NCBI RefSeq assembly: GCF_009914755.1
Contig: NC_060933.1
DNA: 64,000 nucleotides
Source: the human T2T-CHM13v2.0 reference genome, Homo sapiens
Strand: one strand, 5' to 3'
The position numbers were made by a program, and so were the translations under genes. Position 1 is the first letter of the stretch. Each line of letters begins with the position of its first letter. Shown in pieces: positions 1 to 12,801 of this stretch. Under the pieces are notes generated by a model. It made no database searches, was not told where the DNA came from, and saw nothing but the letters and a program-made list of their open reading frames with translations.

Positions 1-211
1 TATCTTAAGAAAGTGGCCGACAGCCAGAAAAGAGAATCAAACTGTGCTTGCGAATTTATCACAAGATGTTTTGTAGATGAATATTGTTTTTCTTCTTAAA
101 TATTGTTTTTTAAAGCATGTGCCTTTTCAATGGGAAGGAAGTGCTGATATTTATCAACCATGAGCATAAATCCTCCATGAATAGTAACTATTATGCATAT
201 CGCATAAATTT

Positions 212-529
212 CAGTTATTCCTTGGTATGCACAGGGAATTGGTTTTAGGACCCTGCAGATATCAAAATGTGTGAGTTCTCAAGTCCCTTATATAAAATGG
301 TATAGTATTTGCATATAAGCTATGCAAATACCTCCTATATACTTTAAATAATCCCTGTATTACTTATAATACCTAATACTATATCAATGTTATATAAATT
401 TTTGTTGTACTGTATTATTTTTCTATTTGCTTTATTTTTAATGTTATTTTTATTTTTTGAAAAAATACTTTTGATCTGCAGTTTGTTGAATTCTCAAACA
501 CGGAAGCTGTGGATATGAAGGGCCAACTG
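212..529. mobile_element. MER2 (TcMar-Tigger) DNA transposon fossil
   Basis: Ends cagttattccttggtat... and ...ggatatgaagggccaactg are degenerate TIRs. Internal ctcaagtcccttatataaaatgg matches the recalled MER2 consensus. Confidence 0.75.
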
Positions 530-1146
530 CATTTTTATTATAAAATAAACGCACAGCAAAGGTTATTTTATCCCCATTTTATAGATGAAAGAATCACGGC
601 TCAGATTAAGTAACTTTATTAGCATCAATTCAGCTAATAAATGCTGAAGGCAGGATTTCAACCTGTATCTACTATATTCCAAGGATTTTTTCTCCAAATT
701 TTTAACTGTTGTAAATACATATAACATACAATTTACCATCTTAACCATTTTTAAGTGTTCACTTCAGTGATATTAAGTACACTCATAATGTTATGCCACC
801 ATTACCAATATCCATATCCAGAACTCTCTTCATCTTGTAAAACTGAAACGCTATGCTATTAAACAAAAACTTCCCTTTCCCCTGTCTTCCATACCATCAA
901 TCCCTATTCTACTTTCTGTTTCTATGGTATTAACTAATCTAAGGACCTAATATAGGTGGAATCACAGTATTTGCCTTTTTGTTACTGGATTAGCTCAGTT
1001 AGAAAAATATCTTCAAGAATCATCCATATTGTAGTGCATGTCAGAATTTCATTTCTTTTTTAGGCTGACTGATAACCTATTGTATCTATATACCACATTT
1101 TGCTTACCTATTCATTCACTGGATGAATAGGTGGACATTTGGGTTG

Positions 1147-1572
1147 TACTATAGTTTGGGTGTTTGTCGTCCCAAACCTCAGGTTGAAATCTGATCCCCT
1201 GTGTTGGAGATGGGGCCCACTGGGACGTGTTCTGTTCATTGGTGCAGATCCCCTAAAAATAGATTAATGCTCTCCACTGTAAGCAGGTGAGTGAGTTCTC
1301 TGTTGGCTCCTGGGATAACTGGTTGTTGAAAAGAGCCTGGCACCTCCTTCATCTCCCTCTTGCTTCCTCTCTTGCCATGGCATCTCTGCACTTACTGGCT
1401 ACCCTTCACCTTCTGCCATGAGTAGAAGCAACCTGAGGCCTTTACCAGACACAGATGCTGGCACCATGCTTTTTGTACAGCCAGCTAAATCGTGAGCCAA
1501 ATAAACCTATTTTCTTTGTAAATTACTTAGCCTCAGGTATTCCTTTATTACACCACAAAACAGACTAAGACA
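1147..1572 (+). mobile_element. MST-family (MSTB-like) MaLR solo LTR
   Basis: Runs tactatagtttgg...gccaaataaacc...cagactaagaca. 5-bp TSD GGTTG at 1142-1146 and 1573-1577. Confidence 0.85.
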
Positions 1573-2813
1573 GGTTGCTTCTACACTTCAGCTGTTGTGA
1601 GTAATGCTTGTATGAAATTGGGTATACATATGCTTTTCAAGGTCCTGCTTTTAGTTCTTCTGGGTATATACCCAGAAGTGAAACTGCTAGATTGTATAGT
1701 AATTCTATTTTTTAATTTTTTGAGGAACTTTTATCCTCTTTTCCAAAGCAGGAGTACCACTTTATTTTCCCACTAATAGTGCAAAAGTTTTTAATTTATC
1801 TGCATCCTTGCTAACACTTCTTATTTTCTGTTATTTTGATAGTTGTCATCTTAATGGGTGTGAGATGGTATCTTGTTGTAGTTTTGACTTTCACCCTAAT
1901 AATTATTAATGTTGATCATCTTTTCAAGGGCTTATTGGCCATTTTTATACATGTTATTTGGAGAAATGTTTAAGTCCTTTGTACCTTTTTGAATCAGTTT
2001 TTTTGGTAGTTAAGTTTTAAAAATTCTTTATATATTCTAGATATTAATTACTTATCAGTATATAATTTGTAAATTTGTTCTTCTACTCCATGGGTTGCCT
2101 TTTTAACTATGTTGATATTGTCCTTTGATGGACACTTTTTTTATTTTAATGAAGTCCAAATTGTCCATCTTTGTTGTTTTTGCCAATGCGTTTACTGTCA
2201 TATCCAATAAATTATTGCCAAATCTGTTGTAGACATTTTGCCTTGTTTTTCTAAGAGTTTTATAATTTTAGGTCTTATGTTTAGGTCTTCAATTAATTTT
2301 GAGTTAATTTTTGTTCATTGTGTTACATCAGAGTCCAATTTTTTTCTTTTGTATGTAGATATCCAGTTTTCCCAGCACCATTTGTTGAAGACTATTCTTT
2401 CCCCACTGAATGGTCTTGGCACCTTTGTAAAAAATCATTAGACCATATATGTGAGGGTTTATTTCTGGGCTCTTTGTTCTGTTCTATTGTCATATATGTT
2501 TTTTATGCCAGTACTATATTGTTTTGATGATTGTAGCTTTGTAGTATATTTTCAAATGAGGAAGGATGAGTTCTCTAGCTATGCTCTTTTTCTCTTTTGT
2601 CTTCAAGTTTGCTATTTTTTCCAAGATTGTTTTTGTCGTTCTGAGTCCCTTGAGATTCCATATAAATGTTAAGATGAGTTTTTCTAGTTCTGCAAAAACA
2701 TTATTGGAAATTTAATAAAGATTGGATTAAATCTATAGACTGCTTTGAGTAGTTTTGATATCTTAACAATACAGCCTTCCAGTCTGTAAACATGGAATGT
2801 ATTTATTTCTTGA

Positions 2814-3191
<378 letters not shown>

Positions 3192-4210
3192 TAGTTAATT
3201 CCTAAATATTTTATCCTTTTCGATGCTATTGTAAATGGCTTTATTTCTATAATTTCCTTTTCACGTTCTTTATTATTAGCATATAGGAATGCAACTGATT
3301 TTTTTGTGTTCGTTTTGTATCCTGCTATTTTGCTGATTTCATTTCTTAGTTCAAATATTTTGTGTTTGTGTGGAATCTTCAGGGTTTTTCTGCATATAAG
3401 AGCATATCATCTGCAAATAAAGATAATATTAGTTTTTCCTTTTGAAGTTGGATGCCTTTTATTTATTTTTCTTACCTGTTTGCTCTGGCTAGAATTTCCA
3501 ATGCTTTGCCAAACAGAAGTACCAAGAACAGGCATTCTTTCTTAAGCTTTAGGTCTTTCACCATTGAAAATTATGTTAATTATGGGGTTTTCATATATGG
3601 CTTTTATTATGTTGAAGTGGTTTCTTCTATTCCTAGTTTGTTGAGTATTTTTTATTTGAAAGAATGTCGAATTTTGTTAAAAGCTGTTTCTGCATCAATT
3701 GAACAGATCATGTGGCTTTTTCCTTTCATTTTGTTAATGTGAGGTATTACATTCATAAACTTTCATATGTCGAAGTATTCTTGCATTCAAAGAATGAATG
3801 CCACTTTGTCATGGTATATAATTTTTTTAATACACTTCTGAATTCAGTTTGCTAGCATTTGGTTGAGAATTTTTGGATTAATATTGATAGGGAATATTGG
3901 TCTGTAGTTTTCTTGTAGTGTCTTTGTCTGGGTTTGGTATCAGGGTAATGTTAATGTCATAGAATCAGAAAGTGTCCCCTCATCAATTTTTTTGAAAATA
4001 TTTGAGAAGGATTAATGTTCTTCATTCACTCATGAAGACAATAGGTCTAGGGATTTTCTTTGTTGGGATTTTTTTTTTCCTACTGATTCAATCTGCTTAC
4101 AAGTTACATAGGTCTACAATGTAGTCTGGTTAGGTTTTGTGTTTCCAGAAATTTGTTCATTTCATCCCGGGTTATTCCATTTATTGGCATAAAATTGTTA
4201 ATAGTTCCAG

Positions 4211-4454
4211 CAGCGTGATCTCAGCTCACTGCAACCTCCGTCTCCCAGGTTCAAGAGATTCTCATGCCTCAGCTGCCTGGGTCACTGGGATTACAGGCAT
4301 GCACCACCATGCCTGGCTAAATTTTTGTATTTTTAGTAGAGATGGGTTTTCACCATGTTGGCCAGGCCAGTCTCAAACTCCTGACCTCAAGTGATCCACC
4401 TACCTTGGCCTCCCAAAGTGCTAGGATTACAGACATGAGCCACATCTCCCAGCC
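4211..4454 (-). mobile_element. AluS lacking its 3' end and tail
   Basis: Runs gtgatctcagctcactgcaacc...cccaaagtgctaggattacag, with no poly(T). Confidence 0.85.
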
Positions 4455-6428
4455 TATTTTCCTATTTTTTATTTCATTTATCTCTGCTCTTTATTGTTTC
4501 TTTCCTTCTAGCCTTTGGTTCAGTTTGCTCTTGTTCTAGTTCATTTTTTAATGTGTTTATAGTCATAAATTTCTCCCTTAGCGCTGCTTTCCCTGTGTCC
4601 TATAAGTTCTAGTATGTTGTATTTTGGTTTTCATGTATCCCTAAGTATTTTCTAGTGTTTTTTTCTTGTGATTTCTTCTCTTATATATTGGTAGCTTAAG
4701 AGAGTGTTATTTAATTTTCACAATTTTGTAAATTTTTTCAGTTTTATTTCTTTTACTTCTGCTGATTTCTAACTTTATCCTATTGTAGTTAGAGAAGGTA
4801 TCTTGTACAATTTATGTCATTTAAAATTTACTGAGACTTAATTTATGGCCTAACATATCATCTATCCTGGAAAATAGCTAATGTATACTTTTGATAAATG
4901 TGCGTGTGGTATGTTTGGATAGTGTTATGTATATGTTTGTTAGATCTAGTTGATTTACTGTGTCAAGTCTTCTATTTTCTTAATTATCCTCTCTCTGGTT
5001 GTTCTATTCATTATTGGATTACTGACATCTCCAACTATTAATGTAGAATTATCTACTTCTCTCTTCAATTTTTTTGTTTTACTTTATATATTTTGATTGT
5101 CTGTTATTAGGTGCATATTTATAATTGTTATTTGTTGTATCTTCTTGCTGTATTGAACCATTTATTAATATGTGTTTTTGTTTCTCATACCTTTTTTGAT
5201 TTGAAGTAATTTTGCGAGAAGTTAGCATTGCCTATTCTGCTGTCTTTTGGTTAATATTTATGTGAAATATCATTTTCTGTCCTTTTACTTTTAATCCTTT
5301 TGGCTCCTTAAATCTCAAGTGAGTCTTACAGACAACACATAATTGGATTATGTTTTTTAAGTCCAGTCTGCAAATGTCTGTCTTTTGATTGGAGAATTTA
5401 GTTCATTTACATTTTAAATAATTACTAATAAATACTTCCTTCTGTCATTTTGTTATTTGTTTTCTATATGTCTTGCAGCTTTTTTGTCCCTCGTTTTCTG
5501 CATTACTGTCTTTTGTGTTTAGTTGATTATTTTGTACTGAAAGGTTTAAATTCCTTTCTCATTTCATTTTGTTAATATTCTATAGCTATTTTCTTTTACT
5601 TACCATGAAGATTACATTTAATATCCTAAAATTATAGACTCTAATTTAAACTTATGACGTCTTAACTTGAATAACATGTAAAAACTTTACTCCCTTAAGA
5701 GCTCCATCCTCACTGCTTTCAGTTGTTCGTGTCACAAAATTGTATCTTTATACATTGTGTGCTCCAAAACACAAACTAATAATTATTCTAAATGCATTAG
5801 TCTCTTAAATTATGTATGAAATATTGTTTTACAAACTAAAGTTACAATAATGCTAGCTTGCAGAGTAATAATTGTTTTTAAAATGTATTAGTCTCTTAAA
5901 TTATGCAGAAACCAAAAAGTGGAGTTACAAACTATTTTTGCAAATAATACAAGATTTTATAATTGCCCATGTATCTAACTTTAATGAGATCTTTCTACAG
6001 CTTCAAGTTACTTTTTTAGTGCCCTTTCATTTCACCCTTCATGACCTCTTTGGTATTTCTTGCAAGGCAAATCTAATGGTAACAAACTCCTTTAGCTTTT
6101 TTTTACCTGCGAATATCTTAATTTCTTCCTCACCTTTGAAGGACAGTTTTTTCCTTGGATTTTTTGATTTTTGTTTTGTTTTGTTTTTCTTTTGGCACTT
6201 TGAATATATTGGCCCATTGCCTTCAGGGCTTCGCTTCTTTTGAGAAATCTGGATAATCTTATTGAGAAATCTGGATCCTTGTACGAGACAAGTTGCTTCC
6301 CTCTTGTTGTTTTCAGGTTTCTTTTTTTGTCTTTTGAAAGCTTGATTATAATGTGTCTTGATGTGGTTCTCTTTTTTGTCTTACTTGGAATTTATTTGAT
6401 GTCTATATTTATGTATGTTATGCAAATT

Positions 6429-6643
6429 GGTCACAACCATCCTGGACAACAACCCAAAACCCTGTCCCTAACAAAAACATTAAAAAAATATTAGCCAGGT
6501 GTGGTGGTACATCCTTGTAGTCCCAGCACTTTGGGAGGCTGAGGTGGGAAGATCACTTGAGTTTGAGGTTACAGTGAAATATGATTGCACACTGCACTCT
6601 AGCATGGGTGACAGAGCAAGACCCTACCCCTAAAATAAATAAA
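6429..6643 (+). mobile_element. Partial AluJ-like element
   Basis: ttagccaggtgtggtgg...tgggtgacagagcaagaccct followed by an A-rich tail. Confidence 0.75.
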
Positions 6644-8699
6644 GACATAATTTAAAATACCAATGTTGGGAAGTTTTCAACCATTATTTTCTCAAGTACA
6701 TTCTGTACCCCAAATATTCCATCTCTCTCTTCTCTTTCTGAGGCTTCCATAATGTTAATGTTTCTCTGCTTGATGGAGTAACATAGGTCCCTTAGACTCT
6801 GTTCACTTTTTTTCTTTTAATTCCTATACTCAATAATTTCCATTGTTCTATCTTCAATTTTGCTGATTTTTTTCTTCCACTTGCTCACATCATCCTTTGA
6901 ACTCCTCTAGTGAATCTTTCATTTCAATTATTGTACTTCTTAGCTCCAGAATTTCTTTTTTTAGGTTGTCAGTCTCTTTATTAGTATTTCCATTTTGTTC
7001 ATACATTGTTTTGTTCTGTTTTACCTTCTCCACATCTTCTTTAGTTATTTGACTATCTTTAAGAAAATTATTTTAAATATTTTGTCTAGTAGATGCTTGT
7101 ATGCCTTGTACTTTTCTTTAACTCTGGAAATCAGATTCTCCCTCTTCTCCAGGGCTTGCTGCTTTTTGTTATTACTTTTTATGGTTTTTGTTTCGATTGT
7201 CGTATGTTCTCGGTGCCAGTCATCAGAGTGAGGTATAAACTTAAGGTCTTTTTGGATATTTTCTGATCCTGTGCTTTTTCCTGGGTATGTATGGTCACTT
7301 TCTAATTTTTCCTGTATGTACAGTTGTTTTTTAATGTTTTTTAATATCTGACTCACAAAAGGGAAAAATAAGAGTAAAAAGAGCACTGGCCCTCTACATG
7401 TCTTTGAGTTCACTTCAGCTGGAGAGAGAGAGGCTCACAAACATAGGACAAACAACAACAGCCGCTGGCCTGTTTTTCTACACCTCTCTAACTAAATGCA
7501 GCAATTGGTGGTCAGAACACAGATGCCTGCTATTTGGAGAATAGGGTATTTTTTTTGCTCATCCTGACTCCTACAAGCTGTGTGCAGGTTGCTCCAGGAA
7601 CACATGCACAGCTGCCATGGGGCTGAGGGTGGGGGATAGGTGGCTGCTACTGTGCAAAGAGCTGAAATGGGCTAAAACTAATTACAGTTTACTATCCAAG
7701 CCTTCTCTTTGAAGTTGCAAGCCTTCGATAGACTCCAGAATTTCAAAATAGTTACATCATATTCTGTCAGTGCAATTTTTTTCTAGATAGGGAAATTACT
7801 AGGGCTTCCTATTCCACCACCTTCCCAGAACCCCTTTTAGGATTTTTGTTTTTTTTCCTTCTACATGATATTTTCATAGTCAATAGACTTTGTACTTTTA
7901 GTTAATTTTCTCTCAAATGATATAAATCTAGCATTTATCCAGCCATACTCTCATGCTTGTCTGTTAGCCAATAGTTCACAGTTTTGAACTTGCTGGATAG
8001 GTTAGGACAATCTAGAATCATGACACACACATTTTGTTTGTTTTTTTATGCAGTTCAAACCCAATACTTTAACTTTCATGATCTAACCCAGAGTGAAAAA
8101 GTCCCTATGTCTCATCTATCTCCTTTATTTCCAATTATCAGTAGAAAGACAATGTTTATAATAAATAAATTGAGAGACAAAAATTATTTTGGTTGCCCCA
8201 AAATTTAACAAGAAAAATTTATTTAACAAATGGTAGCATCATTTAATAGCTCACCCAGCTATGATTGAGTAGTCACTACCACATAAACATTATATGTAAT
8301 TGCATGTCATTCCCAAGATCCTCTGAGGTCTGACAGTGAGCTGGATCCTGTATATTGACAAACACAGCTGAATGCTTGCTTTTTTTTTTTTTTTTTTTTT
8401 TACATTTTCATCAATAATTTTCAGTCTAACCCTATGATTACATGCTTGCCACCTGCCCCCCAAAATAAGTGGTCTATAGCCTTGTTAGCAATTCTTCACA
8501 ATGATACTTATCATCAACTGGACATACTTCTACATTTCAATTTCAAGATCTATAAGTGGAATTTTAAACATAGTTTTTTTTTTTTCATTTTCAGTAATGA
8601 TACAGAACAGATGTTCACCATCCAAAGTATGGCAGGCTTTCATATTTTTAATACTAACTTATTTTAGCCATGTGTATATATATGCATAGGTAAGAGTCA

Positions 8700-10740
8700 T
8701 TAATTAAACTTTATTGACATATAAAAATAGGAAAAATGCACAAAAGTAAAGGTACAGCTCCTTTACTTTTTTTTACTGAAAAGTAGTTTTACTACTAAAA
8801 AGCAAACACTTTTGAAATGAAATCTAATTAAAAAAAAAATTACTAGCACAACGGAAATGTGCTTTTTGTTCTCCTAATCAGTACCTACCTTTCTGCTCCC
8901 CAAAACTACCAGGTATACAGTATACATTTTTTGTGTATGGCATTTTTTGCTCAATGTTGTGTTTGCCAAACTCATTCACTGCTGTATAGTGTTTCATTGT
9001 GTCATTATACCACCATGTATTTATCCATTTCATTGTTGACAGAAACTTATGTTAGAGTTCTTGGCTCTATGAGTAATGTTGAAATGGACAAACTATTATT
9101 TATGTCTCTCATTCACACGTGCATGCATTTCTACTTGTTACATAGCTACAATTGGTATAGCTACTGAATAAAATGTGCTTATATCCTACTTTAATATGTA
9201 ATACTCAATAATATTTCAGAGTGCTTGTAAAATTGCACTCTAGCAAGCATTGTGTGACAGATGTATTACTCCACATTCTCACCAACACTTGGTATTGCTA
9301 GTCTTTTTAATATTAGCTGTTCTTGTGAGCATGTAGCTGTGCCACATTGTAGCTTTAATTTGCATTTCCTTGATTACTTGTAAAACTGAGTACTTCTTCA
9401 CATATTTTTGAGCAATTTAGCTATCCTTTTTCTGTGAAGTATCTTTTTAGGCCTAATGCCTAATTACATTGGATATTCTGGTTTTTTTTAATTGATTTAT
9501 GTGACATGGAACCTTTGTTATAATGGTTAATATTGGTAAGAGCTGAAGCACTATACTCCTTTCAAGTTTCTGATGTGAATGATTTGTCCATTGCTTTTGT
9601 TTAAATCATTTTGCTAGGGTTTATCAATTTCATTGCCTTTCAAATAATCAACTTTTAACTTTAATCTTTGTTGCTATCCTCTATTGAATAATTGTTTGCA
9701 ATTAATTTTTTTCTCTTGTCTTTTTTATTTCCTTCTTTCTTGAGGGGCAATTAGCTGTTGTTTTTTTAATTTGTAAAAAATAAGATCATTAGCTTTTAGC
9801 CTTTCTCATTTTCTAACATATGCATTGAAAGCTATAAATTTCACTGTAAAACCCATAAATTTTGATATAATTTCATAATTTTATCATAATTTATTATTTC
9901 CATTGGGATTTTTTTTCTGTGAGCTATTGGCTTTTAAAAGTTATTTCTTAATTACTACATAGAGGGCTTTTCTAACTATCTTTGTTATTGATGTCTAGTT
10001 TAACTATTACTGTGGCCAAAGAACATATTTCACATTATTACAACTCTTCAAATATGTTGAGACTTGCTTTATGGTCCAATTTCTAGTTAATTTAGGTAAA
10101 TGTTTTAAATGCTTTTATAAATAATGTATATTTTTAAGTTATTGAATTTAGTCGTCTACATAGCTCACTTAGGTAAATTTTGTTAATCAGCTTGTTCATA
10201 TCTTTTATACCCTTACTGAAGTTTTATTTGGTTTGTTCATTTTATACGTTAATAAGAGAAGCGTTTAAAATCTCCCATGATAGCTGTAGATATGTATGTA
10301 ACTCCTTTAAGTTCTATTTTTGTTGTCTACATTTTGAGGCCATGTTATGAGGTTCATACACACATATAATTGTCACATCTTCCTGGTGCATTGAAGTTTT
10401 TCATCGGAAACTGACCCTTTTATTATTTGGTAATGGTATGGCTGATATTAATATAACTCAGTATAGCTTTCTTTTGGCTATGTTTCCATGGTATATCTTT
10501 TGCATCCTTTTACTTTGAGTAGCCTCATGTTCTTACAAGCATTATATAGCTAGGCTAAAAATCTGCATCTTTAAGTTGAATATACTTTATTTACATTTGA
10601 AGTAATTACTGTTTTAAATTTTAAATCTCCCATATTACTTTCTATTTGCCCCCTCCTGTCCTAGATTCTCTTTTCTCTTCATTCTTGCCTTGTAAATTGA
10701 TTTTTTAAAAATTATTCTATCTTCTCACATATTTCAAAGC
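8700..10740 (-). mobile_element. Ancient L1ME/L1MD-like fragments
   Basis: Degenerate antisense L1 motifs (ctccacattctcaccaacacttggtattg; gctataaatttc; gttgagacttgctttatggtcc). Confidence 0.55.
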
Positions 10741-11799
10741 ACCCACAATTTGCTATTTTGAAATACTTATTGTAAAAATTTTAGAAAATGTACGAAGTGC
10801 AGCAACAAAATTTTATCACACAGTATCATTTAATAATTATATTTCTTTCCAGTCACTTCTTTGCTTTAAGATGTGTACATAATTTTATATCCCTTCTTGA
10901 AAAGTATATTATAATAATTTTTAATGTAGCTATCTTTTTTCCAAAACACTATTTAATAGTGAAATGCTAATGCATTATAAATGGCATTATGGTGTGTATG
11001 TAAAATAATATATGTAAAATTACATGTAATATATACATTACATATATGTATTGTATATATAACTGTAAAACATTTTTACACATACACAATTTTACATATT
11101 TTAAGTCTTTTTGTATTATTAAACACAAGATTTCACAGGTCTTTGCCTATTTCCTCAGAATTTGCAGAAATTATTTTAAACATTATAAAGTTAAATATTT
11201 CTCAGATTCATAATTTTACCAATTATTGTAATTAAAATTCTCATAAAGTTTAATTATGGATACAATTAAGTGAAAGTCCCAAGCTTATAGTTATTATTAA
11301 CTATTAATTCTGTGTGTGTGTGTACATGTATACAATCAGATCATATTTGTTATTCTTGGTATTCTATCAGATATCTGTTTAAAGTTATGAATCACAAGGA
11401 ACAAAATATCAAATCTGATACACTTCGAAGTCTCTGTCCTGTTTTTACACAATCAATCAATAGGGTGGTCATATCTGCAAAAGTAAAAGCCAATTAGGTG
11501 AAGTGGAAAAAGAGGAGTCTGGTTGTTCATTCAATAACAGGATTTCCAAAATAATGTTTGGATAATGGAATTGTTTTATTCTGTCATCATTTCTAACAAG
11601 TAGTTTTAACATTACCAAGCATACCTGTGCTTTGCCTTATGTTAACAAATTAGGCTGATCAGCAGCCAGTTGTTGGTCCCACAATATTCACTGGGGTTTG
11701 GCAAAGGGACAGCCACCTTAAACCCTTCTGGATTTGATAACTCAATGCACACATTCTCGCCTTCTGTCCATACTTGTGTTCCTGAGATCATCGCTTACC

Positions 11800-12170
11800 C
11801 CAAGACAGGTTCAATTAGGATCAAGAAGAATTCACTCCATTCTAGGACTTTTGGTTGTGTTGTTGGGGGAAGTAAACTCTTCCACTTGTCTGCTCTGTGG
11901 TGTTATGATCCCAAAGCTTCCAGGGACTACAAAAAGGGAGTTTAAAATTGAAACTGTGAAAGTAGAATCAGGCTGGATGATGGGAAGAGACATCACGTCC
12001 TGAAGGCATCACTGAGCCCTGAATCAAGTTATGCCTGAAGATGATGTATTCCTACTCTTCTAGTAAATGAGTCCATTCCTAATCTTTTAGTACATGAGTC
12101 AGTAAACGCCTTTCTTTTCCTGTAGACCAATTTGAGTCAGACTTTCTGTCACTCACAATTGAAAGTCCTA
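11800..12170 (+). mobile_element. Old MLT1-type LTR fragment
   Basis: gagccctgaatcaagttatgcctgaag and ccaatttgagtcagactttctgtcact resemble the MLT1J/K/L 3' end. Confidence 0.45.
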
Positions 12171-12801
12171 ACTTCAAGGATCCTACACTTTCCTTCATAG
12201 CACTGGTCCCATGTGATGTTACTATTACTTCAGTGCCAACCTCTCTCAGTAGACTGTAGTCTGTATGCAAACAGCAGCAGTATCTCATTTGTTCAGAGCT
12301 GCATTTCCAATACCTAGAACAATTCTGACCCATTATTGGTACTTGATCATATTGAATTACTGAATAAATAACGCAAACCAAGTATTTTCTTAGCCATGTT
12401 CCCAAAGGTATGAATAAATTAACACTATGGAGCTATTTTTATGTGCATGAAAGTTGTTTCGAGATGAAAATACATACATACATATAGATGTATATATACA
12501 GTTGTGCACTTAAATTTCTATATAGTAATCTTCCACAGAATCAAAGATTGCCTGTGATCTCTGATATGAATGAAAGCAATGCCTCTTTGTTCTGTGAACT
12601 TGGAAAAACTATTTCTCTGAGTCTCTGTTTGCTTACCAGTGAAAAGTGCTTACCTCAAGGTAGATATTTGTAAACAGTAGTCTCTCGGTAAACAGAATTC
12701 TTACTAGTACAAGGAACTAACTAGATAACCAGAAGAGAAGAGAGAACAAATAGTCAGTTCAAAACCAAAGTGTTTGCATGGACAAAAGCAAAGGCCAGGG
12801 C

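Noticed and set aside
5790-5935. Imperfect direct repeat aaatg(c/t)attagtctcttaaattatg
   Set aside because: It lies within an old L1M whose internal non-coding region commonly carries such repeats, so it is likely intrinsic to the element.
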